52,002 nt of DNA from Octopus bimaculoides (GCF_001194135.2 NC_069003.1:3102914-3154915); one strand, 5' to 3'. Counted from the stretch's first letter, positions 1 to 12,651 are shown. The notes: a model not told the origin generated them from the letters alone. Numbers and translations are program-made.

Positions 1-816
1 ATATATATATATATATATATATATATAAATGTATGTAAATATTCGTATGTATTTATGCATGTATGTGTGAGTGTATTTGTGTGCAAGCCGTTGAATTGAA
101 ATATACACACATAAACGCCTTTGAAATTGTCAACATTTGAAGCATTACACACATACAAACACAAAGATATACATACATACACACATATATATATATATGT
201 TATAATACAAAAACATTAATAACCACAATAGCAATGTTTACGTTGATGGCGGTAAAAGAACGTTAATAATACTAATAACAACAAACATTCTATCACTGTT
301 GCAAGACAATAATAGTGGATATGACAATAGATGTGACCAACTTTTCTGCGTTTGTTTTAAACCTGAAATTTCGGGTTATGAGCTGGCCTTTGTGGAAGCG
401 TCTATTTCCATATATTGTATATGTTCATATACATACATACACACATACATGCATATATATATAAATATATATATANNNNNNNNNNNNNNNNNNNNNNNNN
501 NNNNNNNNNNNNNNNNNNNNNNNNNNNNNNNNNNNNNNNNNNNNNNNNNNNNNNNNNNNNNNNNNNNNNNNNNNNNNNNNNNNNNNNNNNNNNNNNNNNN
601 NNNNNNNNNNNNNNNNNNNNNNNNNNNNNNNNNNNNNNNNNNNNNNNNNNNNNNNNNNNNNNNNNNNNNNNNNNNNNNNNNNNNNNNNNNNNNNNNNNNN
701 NNNNNNNNNNNNNNNNNNNNNNNNNNNNNNNNNNNNNNNNNNNNNNNNNNNNNNNNNNNNNNNNNNNNNNNNNNNNNNNNNNNNNNNNNNNNNNNNNNNN
801 NNNNNNNNNNNNNNNN

Positions 817-848
<32 letters not shown>

Positions 849-1170
849 GTGAGTATATGTGTGAATAAATTTACATAGTTATGCATAGACATGTGTGTAT
901 AGATACATACCCATATGTATGTGGGCACGTATTTAAGTGTATATGTTTGTGCACATATGTACACATACAGTTCATGACATTTTTATGTTGAACATTATTG
1001 TTTTTCAAATGCCTTCTTTATGTCGCAATTTTGCTAGTGGCAACAACATAAGCTTTTGGTATTGTTTTGTATTGTTGATTCAACTGTGATGTTGATAGTC
1101 GCCGTTTATTTGAAATATACACACATAAAGAGAACGCCTTTGAAATTATCGACATTCGAAGTATTCTAAT

Positions 1171-1650
1171 ATGAATTTCATGGAATTCGTTTTCGAACAC
1201 TGTAGAAATCCAAAAGAATGCTGTTTCTTTTGTGTGTCAGTGTTGCGGAAAACTCTAAGGATATCAAGTAAAATATCTTTTCCTGCATTGTTTTCTTCAT
1301 TGTTGCAGTTAAAGGGCTTGAGTACAGTTACGATTCTGATAGGTATGTCAGCGCAACGCAAGCAACTGTTGAGTGCTCCTTTGCTAAGATGAATTTGGGA
1401 CACAATTTCGTAGAGGTAACAATAAGTTTGCATAGGACAAAATACAATGCAAATTTCCATTAATGATAATTCGCAACCAGCTATACCTGAGATATGAGGG
1501 GCTTCCCTAGGCAAACATTTGGCGCGGTTCAGCAAAATCCGAGACCAGGGGCAAAGATAGAAGCACGCTACTCTAGAGAAAAAATACAAACCTGACCTGC
1601 GAGCGGTGGATAAAAACTTGTCGCTGACCTATGACACACATCAAACGATG
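1171..1650 (+). mobile_element. Tentative degenerate C-terminal fragment of an unclassified invertebrate DNA transposase
   Basis: Colinear motifs with stops and frameshifts: KECCFFC, KGLSTVTILIGMSAQRKQLL, GQNTMQISINDNSQPAIPEI*GASLGKHLARF, LEKKYK, LVADL*HT. From memory these resemble TKYCCFLC, KLSDAKIKEGIFVGPQIRQLM, GCNMSLKIHFLHSHLDFFPENLGAVSDEHGERF, MEKRYQ and MLADYCWT of that family. No search run. Confidence 0.35.
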
Positions 1651-2083
1651 AACTAACGTGCATTGCTTTTGTGTCATAACATTTCATTAAACAGACTTGC
1701 AGTCTTTTCCAGTTGTCTAATGTTTTCAGTTGGCTAATGTTATTTTTCATTTTAATTTACAAACAATATATGCCAACTCATGCACAATCCTGTAAATTTA
1801 TCTAACATTTATCGCATAACTACTTGTGAAATGCAGAGAAATCTACGATTCTTCGAAAACATAAGTGATATGATGTATTTTACCATAGCATTGGTTCACT
1901 CTGTCATCGTTTCGGCCCCTGATATTGGCGTAACAGTTCGCTAACTGATTTAATGCTGGTGTAGGAATTTCAGCGATGACAGGATAAAACTTCGGTTTAT
2001 TGTACAAAGTGATTAACTATCCTTTTAATAAACCAACTAATTCAACATGTGCTATCTTTCATGAATACTCCTTCAATCTCACG

Positions 2084-2215
2084 AGGCCTCTACGTATTTT
2101 AATTTATTGACCCCGAAGTGATGAAAGGGTAAGATGATTTCAGTTGTATTTAGATATGAAACGTAAGGAAATAACAGAAAGGGCGCAAAACAGTTTTCTA
2201 GCAGTTTAACTCTTC
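2084..2215 (-). mobile_element. Old copy of tRNA-derived SINE family A
   Basis: aatttattgaccccgaagtgatgaaaggg matches the reverse complement of the family core seen intact at 16974-17190. Confidence 0.55.
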
Positions 2216-2261
2216 CGGGAGTTCGCCGCGGCCTTGATCATATATCAAATAATGATTTAAA

Positions 2262-2437
2262 ACTTTTGCCTCAAGGGAAGTTTGTGGGGTGTCATAACGT
2301 CGACCCCAGTGCGCAACTGGTACTTAATTTACCGACCCCGAAAGGATGAAAGGCAAAGTCAACCTCGGCGGTGTTTGATCGCAGAACATAACGACGGGCA
2401 AAATACCGCTAAGTATTCCGTGCCAGCTCGCCGCCTT
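2262..2437 (-). mobile_element. tRNA-derived SINE family A
   Basis: gtcgaccccagtgcgcaactggtacttaatttaccgaccccgaaaggatgaaaggcaaagtcaacctcggcgg...aataccgctaag is the reverse complement of the copy at 16974-17190. Confidence 0.88.
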
Positions 2438-2624
2438 CATATAATATCCAATAATATCAATATTTCTGCCTCATATAATCGAAGGCACATGACATAATAA
2501 TTGTGTTAGGCGACGGGCCCTTAGTTAACGGGTTCTTTTCTCAGGGCGGTCAGCGTGTTGTTAGTAAAAATGCATTTTTATTTCACAGCACGCCAGTACA
2601 TTCACTCCATATATAGCTACCAGT

Positions 2625-2687
2625 GGGTTAGGGTTAGGGTTAGGGTTAGGGTTAGGGTTAGGGTTAGGGTTAGGGTTAAGGTTAGGT
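2625..2687 (+). repeat. Interstitial telomeric-type array (TTAGGG)8 plus two degenerate units
   Basis: Eight perfect TTAGGG units at 2628-2675, then TTAAGG and TTAGGT. Confidence 0.95.
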
Positions 2688-3258
2688 GTTGAGTGAGTAA
2701 TCTTGTATTTTCAGTCTAAACTGCTTTCAAAATCTGAATAAGCACCGAGCACACAGCACGGCGTATTTGAAACAGATTTTAACTTTATTTCATGTGCATT
2801 CTTTCTAAAATTCGATTAGCAATACATATAATCATTAATAATTCAGATTAAAGCAAAGTCGCAAAATGCATCTATTGAATAGATATAAACAAAACTTAGA
2901 GAACTAAAGATCTGAAAATTTACAAAGATATAATCACATATAACTGATTCCTTCGCTCATATTTCCACTTAGGGTTCATGTTTATTTAATTTTTCGAGTC
3001 AATTATTCAAAATGTATTTTCAGCCATTGTTTGCGATTCAATTAATTTCCTTTTCTATAGTTTACATCTGCAAAGATTCACAAAATATTTACGCCTATAT
3101 TCTTTTATATTTCACGACAATATTTGTTTTGGTGGCGAGCATTTTGATTACAATGATTCATTCAATTATGAACTGTGATCGCTGATATATGCTCCACATA
3201 TATCATAACACCTCTATATGTAACTGCCATTCCGAAACAAGTGTATGCATGTATGCAT

Positions 3259-3382
<124 letters not shown>

Positions 3383-4010
3383 GTAAATGATTGCGCGGCC
3401 ATTGTCATGTATTCAAACGAAGTAGACAAATAAATGTTTATTATATACCATATGAACTAAATACTGGATGAATTCAAAATTATCTCCGCCTCTGGAATAT
3501 GTATTATAGCTTAATGGATGAGAGTATACTCTCGATAATCAGAAATTTTCCAACGGAAGAGAAAAGAGGTTTATTTATGGAGAGGAAACAACTGTGAACG
3601 TCGAGTGTTTCTGCATCAAATGGCGTCATCAGGCCCACGATCGCCTGACCTATAAGCAGCACCTGCGGGACAGGGATATGTACAAGAACAATGGAACGTA
3701 TTTTTAGTGCCGATGATTTCTATAATCGAAAAATACAAAAAAAAAAACGAAAAAAATAATAATAATAAACAATAAGTAGCTCAGAATGATCAATGGTGCC
3801 TATATATAAAAACGATATTTACAGCTTTAACAAATGCCAACTCAATATAAATGTTTAATTTGTGAAAAACAAATGTCATTAATTGAAATTAACCTTACGG
3901 CAGCTGAAAAGAGATTCAGATGACAAGCGGACAGAATCAACGGTTTCAAGATATAAAGAAACAGGGCGGCTCGCACTGACAAACACACGCGCATACGTAC
4001 ATTTGTTTTT

Positions 4011-4110
4011 GGTGCGTGGAGTAGTGGTTAGCTTGTAGCAGTCATGACTGTAAGATCATAGTTTCGATTCCTGAACCGAGCTAGGCATTGTGTTTTTCAT
4101 TTTCCACGTT
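4011..4110 (+). mobile_element. tRNA-like SINE head, family C
   Basis: A-box-like tggagtagtggtta and B-box-like gtttcgattcc (4061-4071), followed by gcattgtgttttt...ttccacgttgctc. Related stretches occur at 20425-20535, 20795-20895 and (reverse) 36050-36142. Confidence 0.65.
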
Positions 4111-5076
4111 GCTCAAGGCCTCTCTGCTGGCCCCCAAAAACATGAAAGCAATGTACAGGCGTTCCATGCAGGAGTGGAGCCGGGATATATACTCCAAGGA
4201 ATCCGTTTGCAGAAAAAGAGTAAAGATAACTACACATCACTATCTCAACTAATGTAGAATCTTAAGCAACATCGTGAGTAATATTCGCTCCCTTGGTCAA
4301 TAGTGTGAGGTATCATGCTATACGGATTAGGCGACGGCAATTGCACATTCTGCTACCTTAAGACGTTTGCTACAATTAACTACACGGGATATCGTTATAA
4401 ATAGATTCAATAAAATCATAACTAGGTGCGTATATTTTTTAAGTAGAACATTTAAATATGCCTATTAAATAATCTAATTACCCTCGTAATACAGAAGAGT
4501 TGATATTAAGCTGATTTATTTTATAAGCTTTCTTTAAATATTTAACCTTTTCCTGAAATTTATATAAGCATATGAATCATAAAACCAGCCATACATAATT
4601 TCCCAGTTTTAAATTTGTTATTTGAATTCAGGTCTGTTAGGGATGCACAGGCGATATCTGCACTGTTTATTACGAAGCTCACAATTATGATTGTAAATGA
4701 CTTAATGTTCTCTACGCATTGATATCTTCACGGTTTGACTATTACGTAGATTGTTTTCCCTCCGTTTTTTTTTTTATTCCTTTGTCAAGTTGGTTTTGGT
4801 AACTGGTTTTATATAGTTATGGTCATTAATTTTGGACTAAATTTTGCTTTGCCTATAGGCATGTCTCATTATAATATATGCATTTGCCAACCATAAGCAT
4901 AACATAATGATTACAGAATGGAAAGCTAAATTACTTCACGGTCTCGGTGAAGCAACGCATGTATATATTAAAACATATGCATGCTTGTGTATGTGTATAT
5001 GTACTTCTTACCACTCGCTATCGATACATTATTTGACAATATACTGTAGTTAGTTGTTTGCAAGTGGCGTGCGTTG

Positions 5077-5136
<60 letters not shown>

Positions 5137-5857
5137 GCACACACATATATGCATATCTGTGTGTGTGTACATGTATAAAAATACCATATTGAAACGGAGA
5201 GACTGAATGACAGAAAATGGCAGAAAAGAAAAAGTGAAATGTATTGATATATAAGGTACAAAATCCATTTTTATCTGTTGTGTTATTTATATTCTCGAAA
5301 TGGAGTTCGTCTTGTTTGGCTGTTAATTAACCTATGTACCGAAACAGGTCTTAATAACGACTGGATCGCTAAACGGAATATGTCCTGAAGAACATGAAAC
5401 TTTTAACTGAGTTTTTTTTTATTCTGCTTCATTGACTTAAATCGTATCTGACGTATTGTACTATGATGGTCCTTTAAAAGTAAAATGACATACATTCAGT
5501 GTATTTGCGTATTGTTGACACCTTCACGACGCGATGACTCTCTATAATGTAACGCATATTTATTTCATAAGTTGATTGCGATTCAAATCAGAATGAAGGA
5601 AGGAAATGAATAAGTTATAATATCAGTACAGTTGCCGCACGTGTTGCATATAACAAATAACTTTGTATTTAACATGGAATGCGGAAGTTTCGTTTACAGA
5701 AACGTGCGTAACATCAATTAGGTTTAACTTTTCCTCAATTAAATTAAAGTCGCACGCCAACGCACACAAACACACACAGGCACGCACACGCATACACACG
5801 CACATATCTATTTATACATATACATACGATTATATATACTTATATATATACACCTAC

Positions 5858-5900
<43 letters not shown>

Positions 5901-6614
5901 CACACATATATACATACATATATATATATNNNNNNNNNNNNNNNNNNNNNNNNNNNNNNNNNNNNNNNNNNNNNNNNNNNNNNNNNNNNNNNNNNNNNNN
6001 NNNNNNNNNNNNNNNNNNNNNNNNNNNNNNNNNNNNNNNNNNNNNNNNNNNNNNNNNNNNNNNNNNNNNNNNNNNNNNNNNNNNNNNNNNNNNNNNNNNN
6101 NNNNNNNNNNNNNNNNNNNNNNNNNNNNNNNNNNNNNNNNNNNNNNNNNNNNNNNNNNNNNNNNNNNNNNNNNNNNNNNNNNNNNNNNNNNNNNNNNNNN
6201 NNNNNNNNNNNNNNNNNNNNNNNNNNNNNNNNNNNNNNNNNNNNNNNNNNNNNNNNNNNNNNNNNNNNNNNNNNNNNNNNNNNNNNNNNNNNNNNNNNNN
6301 NNNNNNNNNNNNNNNNNNNNNNNNNNNNTATATAGAAATTAATCAGGTCTACGGTTGTTTTGTATGTTTCTTCTTTGCATATATTTTTGTATCTCCTTTA
6401 CAAAATAGATTTTTCAGATCTTATTTGAAGCTGAATTCATTTCTTGTTATATTTATTTTGATTTTCATTTGCAAGGATTATCTCAAAAAATATATTTGTT
6501 TCTTCTTTGATATTTTCGCAAGAAAATTGCGTTTGGCCAGTGGCATCTGAAGTGTGGATTGCGCTGTTTAATTTAATGATGGAATGCACGATGCGATAAA
6601 TAAATAAATAAATG

Positions 6615-6684
<70 letters not shown>

Positions 6685-6810
6685 TATGTGTGTGCGTGTA
6701 TGTGTGTGTATAGATAGATAGATAGATAGATAGATAGTTATAGATATATACATTCATATATTTATGCATATATATGTGCTTGTGTGTGTATATATGTACA
6801 TTTGTATATG

Positions 6811-6847
<37 letters not shown>

Positions 6848-7097
6848 ATGTACATACATCAAACTATATGCACATGTGTTTATATACTTAGATATACGGT
6901 GTATATACATATACGTACAAACATGGATACATCATTTACATCCCTCTGAAGAGAAACACATGTGGAGTTTCTTATACATACACAATCTTCTCATGCATGC
7001 ATCCACAAACGCATAGAACAATCCTATAGATGCCCATGCACAAATACAGATATGTAGATTATCTAGACACATTCATATACACACACATGTATATATA

Positions 7098-7178
<81 letters not shown>

Positions 7179-8474
7179 ATATATAGATGTGTTATATGAT
7201 ATATAATATATGACATGTATATATATGTGCGTGTATGTGTATATATATATATATCTTATATACCTAAATATCTCTGTACGTGACTACGTATATGTGGAGT
7301 CCCAGATCATTACGTCATGGTGTGAAGCCGAGAGAACAATGGCAAGCGTGGTTGCAATGCTGATGTATATGGTGGCTGTTGTAATCATTTGTTTGTTAAA
7401 GACATAACACTGTGTTAGCAAATTAGATAACAGCACTGTTGTTAAAATACCTTCAAGCACTATTCTTTAGAATTGTCATATTTCTCTTGCTTTTCTAAAG
7501 TCATGTGAATTGTTACTTCTTTTCTCTGTTGTCTTACTTTATTTATATCTATGTTTTTCTCAATACAATTTTCCCTTCCTCGCGTTGTTGAATGCAAAAT
7601 CATTCATAGTTAAAATGCTTGTCATCACTGTTACAAAAGAGAAGGAATTTTTATTTATTAATCAATCACAATAGCAATTTAATATTGATGTTGGTTACTT
7701 ATATATGTGTGTGTGTGTCTGCACATGTATATATATATATATATATATNNNNNNNNNNNNNNNNNNNNNNNNNNNNNNNNNNNNNNNNNNNNNNNNNNNN
7801 NNNNNNNNNNNNNNNNNNNNNNNNNNNNNNNNNNNNNNNNNNNNNNNNNNNNNNNNNNNNNNNNNNNNNNNNNNNNNNNNNNNNNNNNNNNNNNNNNNNN
7901 NNNNNNNNNNNNNNNNNNNNNNNNNNNNNNNNNNNNNNNNNNNNNNNNNNNNNNNNNNNNNNNNNNNNNNNNNNNNNNNNNNNNNNNNNNNNNNNNNNNN
8001 NNNNNNNNNNNNNNNATATATATGTATATAGATGGATAGATAGATAGATAGATAGATAGATACTTGTACATAAAGGCTTTGTGAAAGACGGAAATTGATG
8101 TATATGTTTAAAAAAAACTCCTTAATCACTGTGTTTCATAATTTTAGCAGTTCGGCCTATTGGACTAGAAGGCCTGTATCAATTTCATATTTGAAACATA
8201 TGAATAAATTACAGTATCTTTAAAAGAATATTTTCAAAATGAATGTAACTCTACAATCAAGAGAGACATTTAAATAATATACGTGACAATTCGTGTGTGT
8301 TCCCTGGGGCTCAGTATTTTTCACGTTTTAAAATAAACTAACTTCAACATAGATAACACGTTCAATTATGTTTTATTTATATTGTTTAAACATTTCGCAT
8401 GCACTCTTAGACGGTAATTATGCGAAACTCTTTACTTCAGAAAATTTCACTGCCATAATCAATTCAGACGATCA

Positions 8475-9077
8475 TCATGGCGTTGCTAGTAATTTATTGC
8501 AAATAAATTTTTTACAGAAATCTTTAGAATAAAAAGAACCAAGCTTTCGAAAAGATAATAAGTTAGCAGTTAGAATGCAAAGAATGAAACGAAGTTCAAA
8601 TAGAAAATTATACAGCAGACTTTTGTTTGCAGAATGAAAAATTGTGTAGTCAATATTTGCTAGAAATTGCTGTAAAATAATTAAATAAGGTAACTTTCGA
8701 AATCCAGTTGTAGAACCAAATTGTTTCTTTGCATAGAAAGAAGATGCGTTTCTCAGAGCAAATATAGTGGAGGCAAAAGATTTTTTGCTGTAGATAAAGG
8801 TCTGTGTATAACAGCTTACGAGGCGGTACCCAATAGTGTACTGAAACGTTCTTTGTGGGACATGTTCGTTGTCAGTCGATTGTTGGAGGAGTCTTTTTCG
8901 TGATAGTCCTATTGAATCTGCATTTGTAGGGATTATTTGGTTTATTGTAATTGCAAGCTCTCCTGTAAACTGATGAGTGCAGCATGATGAAATGCTTTCT
9001 ATATGATCTACAACATTTCTTTCATTTCGGTTATCGCTTTTAAATTCACGTAATGTGTTTTCAATGAACCTCGTTGT
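8475..9077 (-). CDS. Candidate coding exon or orphan ORF: 200 sense codons plus TGA, no in-frame ATG, no recognised domain
   Basis: Checked codon by codon: no stop between the TGA at 9080-9078 and the TGA at 8477-8475. Translation begins TTRFIENTLREFKSDNRNERNVVDHIESISSCCTHQFTGELAITINQ and ends KDFCKKFICNKLLATP*. The DNA is non-repetitive. Confidence 0.3.
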   Translation of the reverse strand, partial: TTRFIENTLREFKSDNRNERNVVDHIESISSCCTHQFTGELAITINQIIPTNADSIGLSRKRLLQQSTDNEHVPQRTFQYTIGYRLVSCYTQTFIYSKKSFASTIFALRNASSFYAKKQFGSTTGFRKLPYLIILQQFLANIDYTIFHSANKSLLYNFLFELRFILCILTANLLSFRKLGSFYSKDFCKKFICNKLLATP

Positions 9078-9149
9078 TCATTTCATTCACTCAATGCCCT
9101 TACAACTGGGATACCAGTTGAACCTGTAGTAGCCAATAATACTCCACTG

Positions 9150-9925
9150 TCTTCTTCTTCTTCTTCTTCTTCTTCTTCTTCTTCTTCTTTTTCTTCTTCT
9201 TCTTCTTCTTTATCATCCTCTTTGTTTTCTTCGTCCCTCCTCCTTCTCATCCTCCACCCCCTTCTACTTCTTATTGTCTTTCCCTATTCCTCCTCCTACT
9301 TCTCCTTCCCCTCCTGCTTCTTCTCCTTCCCCTCCTCATTCTTCTAATTATTTACCCCTGCTCTTTCTTCTCCCCTCCTACTCCTCCTTCCTTTGTTTCT
9401 TTTTCCCTCCTCCTTCTTGCCTCTTCCTCCTTATTCTTCTTATTATAATTATTATTATTGCTATTAGTAGTAGTAGTTGTAGTTTAGGTGTTGTATTAGT
9501 GTAGTACTAGCAGCAGCAGCAGCAGCGGCGGCAGCAGCGACAGCAGCAGCGACAGCAGCAGCGACAGCAGCAGCGACAGCAGCAGCGACAGCAGCAGCGA
9601 CAGCAGCAGCGTAGCATTTGCTGTAGAATCAGGAAGCAGCCAGAAATGTAGAAATTTTATTGAAAAGCCAAAGTCATGCACGAAGAAGAAAAATACGGAA
9701 AAAAAAATAACCGAAACGTAAATTAAAGCAGTGTCAGCTACATGACCACCACCACCGATCACAAGCCACCAACCACCACTAATAACAACAACAACTAACA
9801 ATAGTAATGAGAGCAACTGCAACAACAATGTCAAGAAGATCAACAAAACCAGAATGAAAGATATATATATGTATATATATATATATATGTATATATATGT
9901 ATATATATGTATGTATGTATGTATG

Positions 9926-9967
<42 letters not shown>

Positions 9968-11491
9968 CGTGTGTGTGTGTATGAAGCTAAGATAATGGAA
10001 TGGAATTAAAGAAGAATTGAAGAATATAATTCGTAACGAAAAAAATATTTCAAAAACAGTGAACAATAGACATATGAGCAACCATAGCAACTACTATAAC
10101 AAAAACAATATCAGACAAAACAACAACAACAACAACTACTACTACTACTACTATTACTACTACAATGTTGGCAACGACAACAATAAATTATAAAGGCAGT
10201 CCTTGGCTCGAAAATAGAATAAGTTTGAAGGAAATTGAACCACAAATCTTTCAAGAAAAGCGACAACAAAATAACGATCATCGCCGAAAGCGTCGCAGTC
10301 GTCGGTGTCGTCACCATCATCATCATCTTCATCATCGTCATCATCATTATCGTTGTCACCCTCATCGTCATTATCATCATCATCATCATCATCCTAATCT
10401 TCATCATCTATATTGTCATCATCATTATCCTTATAATCATCGTGATCGACGTCATCCTCATCACGATCAGCAATGTCAGTAACAGCAGCAGCAGTAGCAG
10501 CAGTAGTAGCAGCAGTAGCAGCAGCAGCAAAGCAGTCGACACGAAAGAAATAACAACATGATTCGAAAACAAAAGTTACAACAACAAGAACAACAACGAC
10601 ACGAAAACAACGGAGAAGAGAGGCAAAGCAAATCTAATATACGGCCGCATCAAAAAACTACGGATAAAATGGAAAGCTATATATGAACCGCAAATGTGCA
10701 GCAAGGTTGACGGAAACAACACGTACGTTAAGAAGAACAGCATTATCATTTCAAAATCAACGATAACAGCAACAATAACAACAGCAACAACATCAGCAGA
10801 AGGGACAATGTGATTGTTTTTCATGTAATACAGTTATCCTCTGATATATCTTTAATTGGCGATATTGCATATTTCTTGAGGTTGTCAATGGAACTTTTCG
10901 CGAAAGAACCACATTCAGAATCAGATTTGCAGTATCCATATTGAAACTTTGGTAGAAGAATGGATTTTCAGCTGAGGTTCAGTTGAAGCGATTCTGCTAC
11001 TTTCAATGCAAGTTGCATTAATGAACTTCTGTATTGAAGCGATGCAAATAACAACGTCGATTGAGACAAACGCAACATAAATAGAAGAGAAAACACCAGC
11101 CGTGGCAAGCACGAGAGCAACAACATTGTAGGCAGTCACAAGAAGAAAGTAACTTGAAGGATTACAAACATACTATAAATTGAAGCATCATTTACAACAT
11201 GAATTGAGACTATCACACCAAATGATATGAATGCTAAATAATATTAAATGAGTTAACCACAACTTTTACGATAGCGTTAAAATCTTGTATTGAGGCAATA
11301 ACAACATGGCGAACACACATGGGAAAAGTATAACACAAACAGAAATTTTATAGAGATATCCATGACAACGAAAACAAATTTCACTGGAAATTTATAAAAT
11401 GAATTCTGTTCGGGAAAGCACAATAAGAAATTATGCACGAAAACAAAGCCGACATCTGCTGGGGTAAAACAAAAACTATAACAGCAACAAT

Positions 11492-11537
<46 letters not shown>

Positions 11538-12120
11538 GCACAGGTTAACACGACAACGACGATGGCAAAATCTCTCGAGGCAAATGTCAACAACAGAATC
11601 TGAGGTTCACTGGCGCAGCAGCGACTGCGAATTTTGATGAAGTAATCACAATAACAAAGAAGAAAATCTGATCAGGCATCAAGAACAGCAACAAGAACAA
11701 CAAAATCTTCCTTTGGATCATCACAGCGAGAATAGCCACTGCAATTTCCAGCCTTTGCTGCGGCAACAGCAACGGCGACATATTATATTAGAAAACCCAC
11801 AACGGTGACGAAAACAGCAACCACAACGAATGAATAGTTTCTTTTGAGGCAGCCACAGCAAGAACTTCTGTTAAAGCAACTGCAACTGGTTGAACGGCTT
11901 TCACAAATCATATTTCGCTAACCATCGCTACAACAAGAAATTGAGCTCTCACAAGATCAAGTATACCGAAGAGAACAGTACAAAAACCAGCATAACTGCA
12001 ACGAGTATCACCACCGCCACCGCCGCCGCTAACGTCCTATTATTCTTCGAGACGAGAGACGCTATTAGCACGGCTCAAACAAAAACTGAGGAATCTCAAA
12101 TAAGAAAGGAAGGACGTTAG
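9150..12120. repeat. Mosaic of trinucleotide repeats: (CTT)n, (ATT)n, (CAG)n with a 12-bp GACAGCAGCAGC unit x6, (AAC)n, (TAC)n, (CAT)n, with degenerate A/C-rich spacers
   Basis: Seen directly. The poly-L, poly-H, poly-I and poly-V ORFs on both strands derive from these repeats. Confidence 0.9.
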
Positions 12121-12252
12121 ACAGTATAATAAAAACATAACAATGGTGGTGTCATGCTGTGCAACCCAGCTGGGAAGAGTTTTATTACAATCGATTCACA
12201 GGACACCGAGAAATCCTAAATCTCAGTCGTAAACTATTAGCGTGGTTCTGGG

Positions 12253-12291
<39 letters not shown>

Positions 12292-12609
12292 GCATATATA
12301 TATATATAATGGGGGCGTGAGTGTATGTATGAAATATAGTGAATGTGGGAGGAAATTATATAACAAAGAAAGCAGATTATAAACTTTCCATGCTACTGTA
12401 ATAGGATTACATGTTTATGTAACTGCTAATCTTTTAATCCCCTAATCATGTAATCTCATATTCTGTTAATCTGTTTGGAATCATGAATAAGTTTAGAGAA
12501 ATATTTTAAATCAACGGCGGTTCTCAATCATTTAATATATTGCTTATCAGCACTCATCACTACGTATATTAGATGTCGATACATACAAAAAGAATATTTA
12601 CATACATAA

Positions 12610-12651
<42 letters not shown>

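Noticed and set aside
1146-1628. 147-160-codon minus-strand open frame
   Set aside because: Its length is borderline for chance, it has no recognisable domain, and it is better explained as antisense to the tentative transposase remnant.
4011-4090. tRNA gene candidates (also 16974, 33801, 36050-36142)
   Set aside because: They have A and B boxes but no complete cloverleaf and continue into SINE bodies.
10165-10482. His-rich 105-aa ORF resembling a metal-binding or beak His-rich protein
   Set aside because: It is built from degenerate (CAT)n, all frames on both strands are similarly open, and it lacks a signal peptide or ordered repeat motif.
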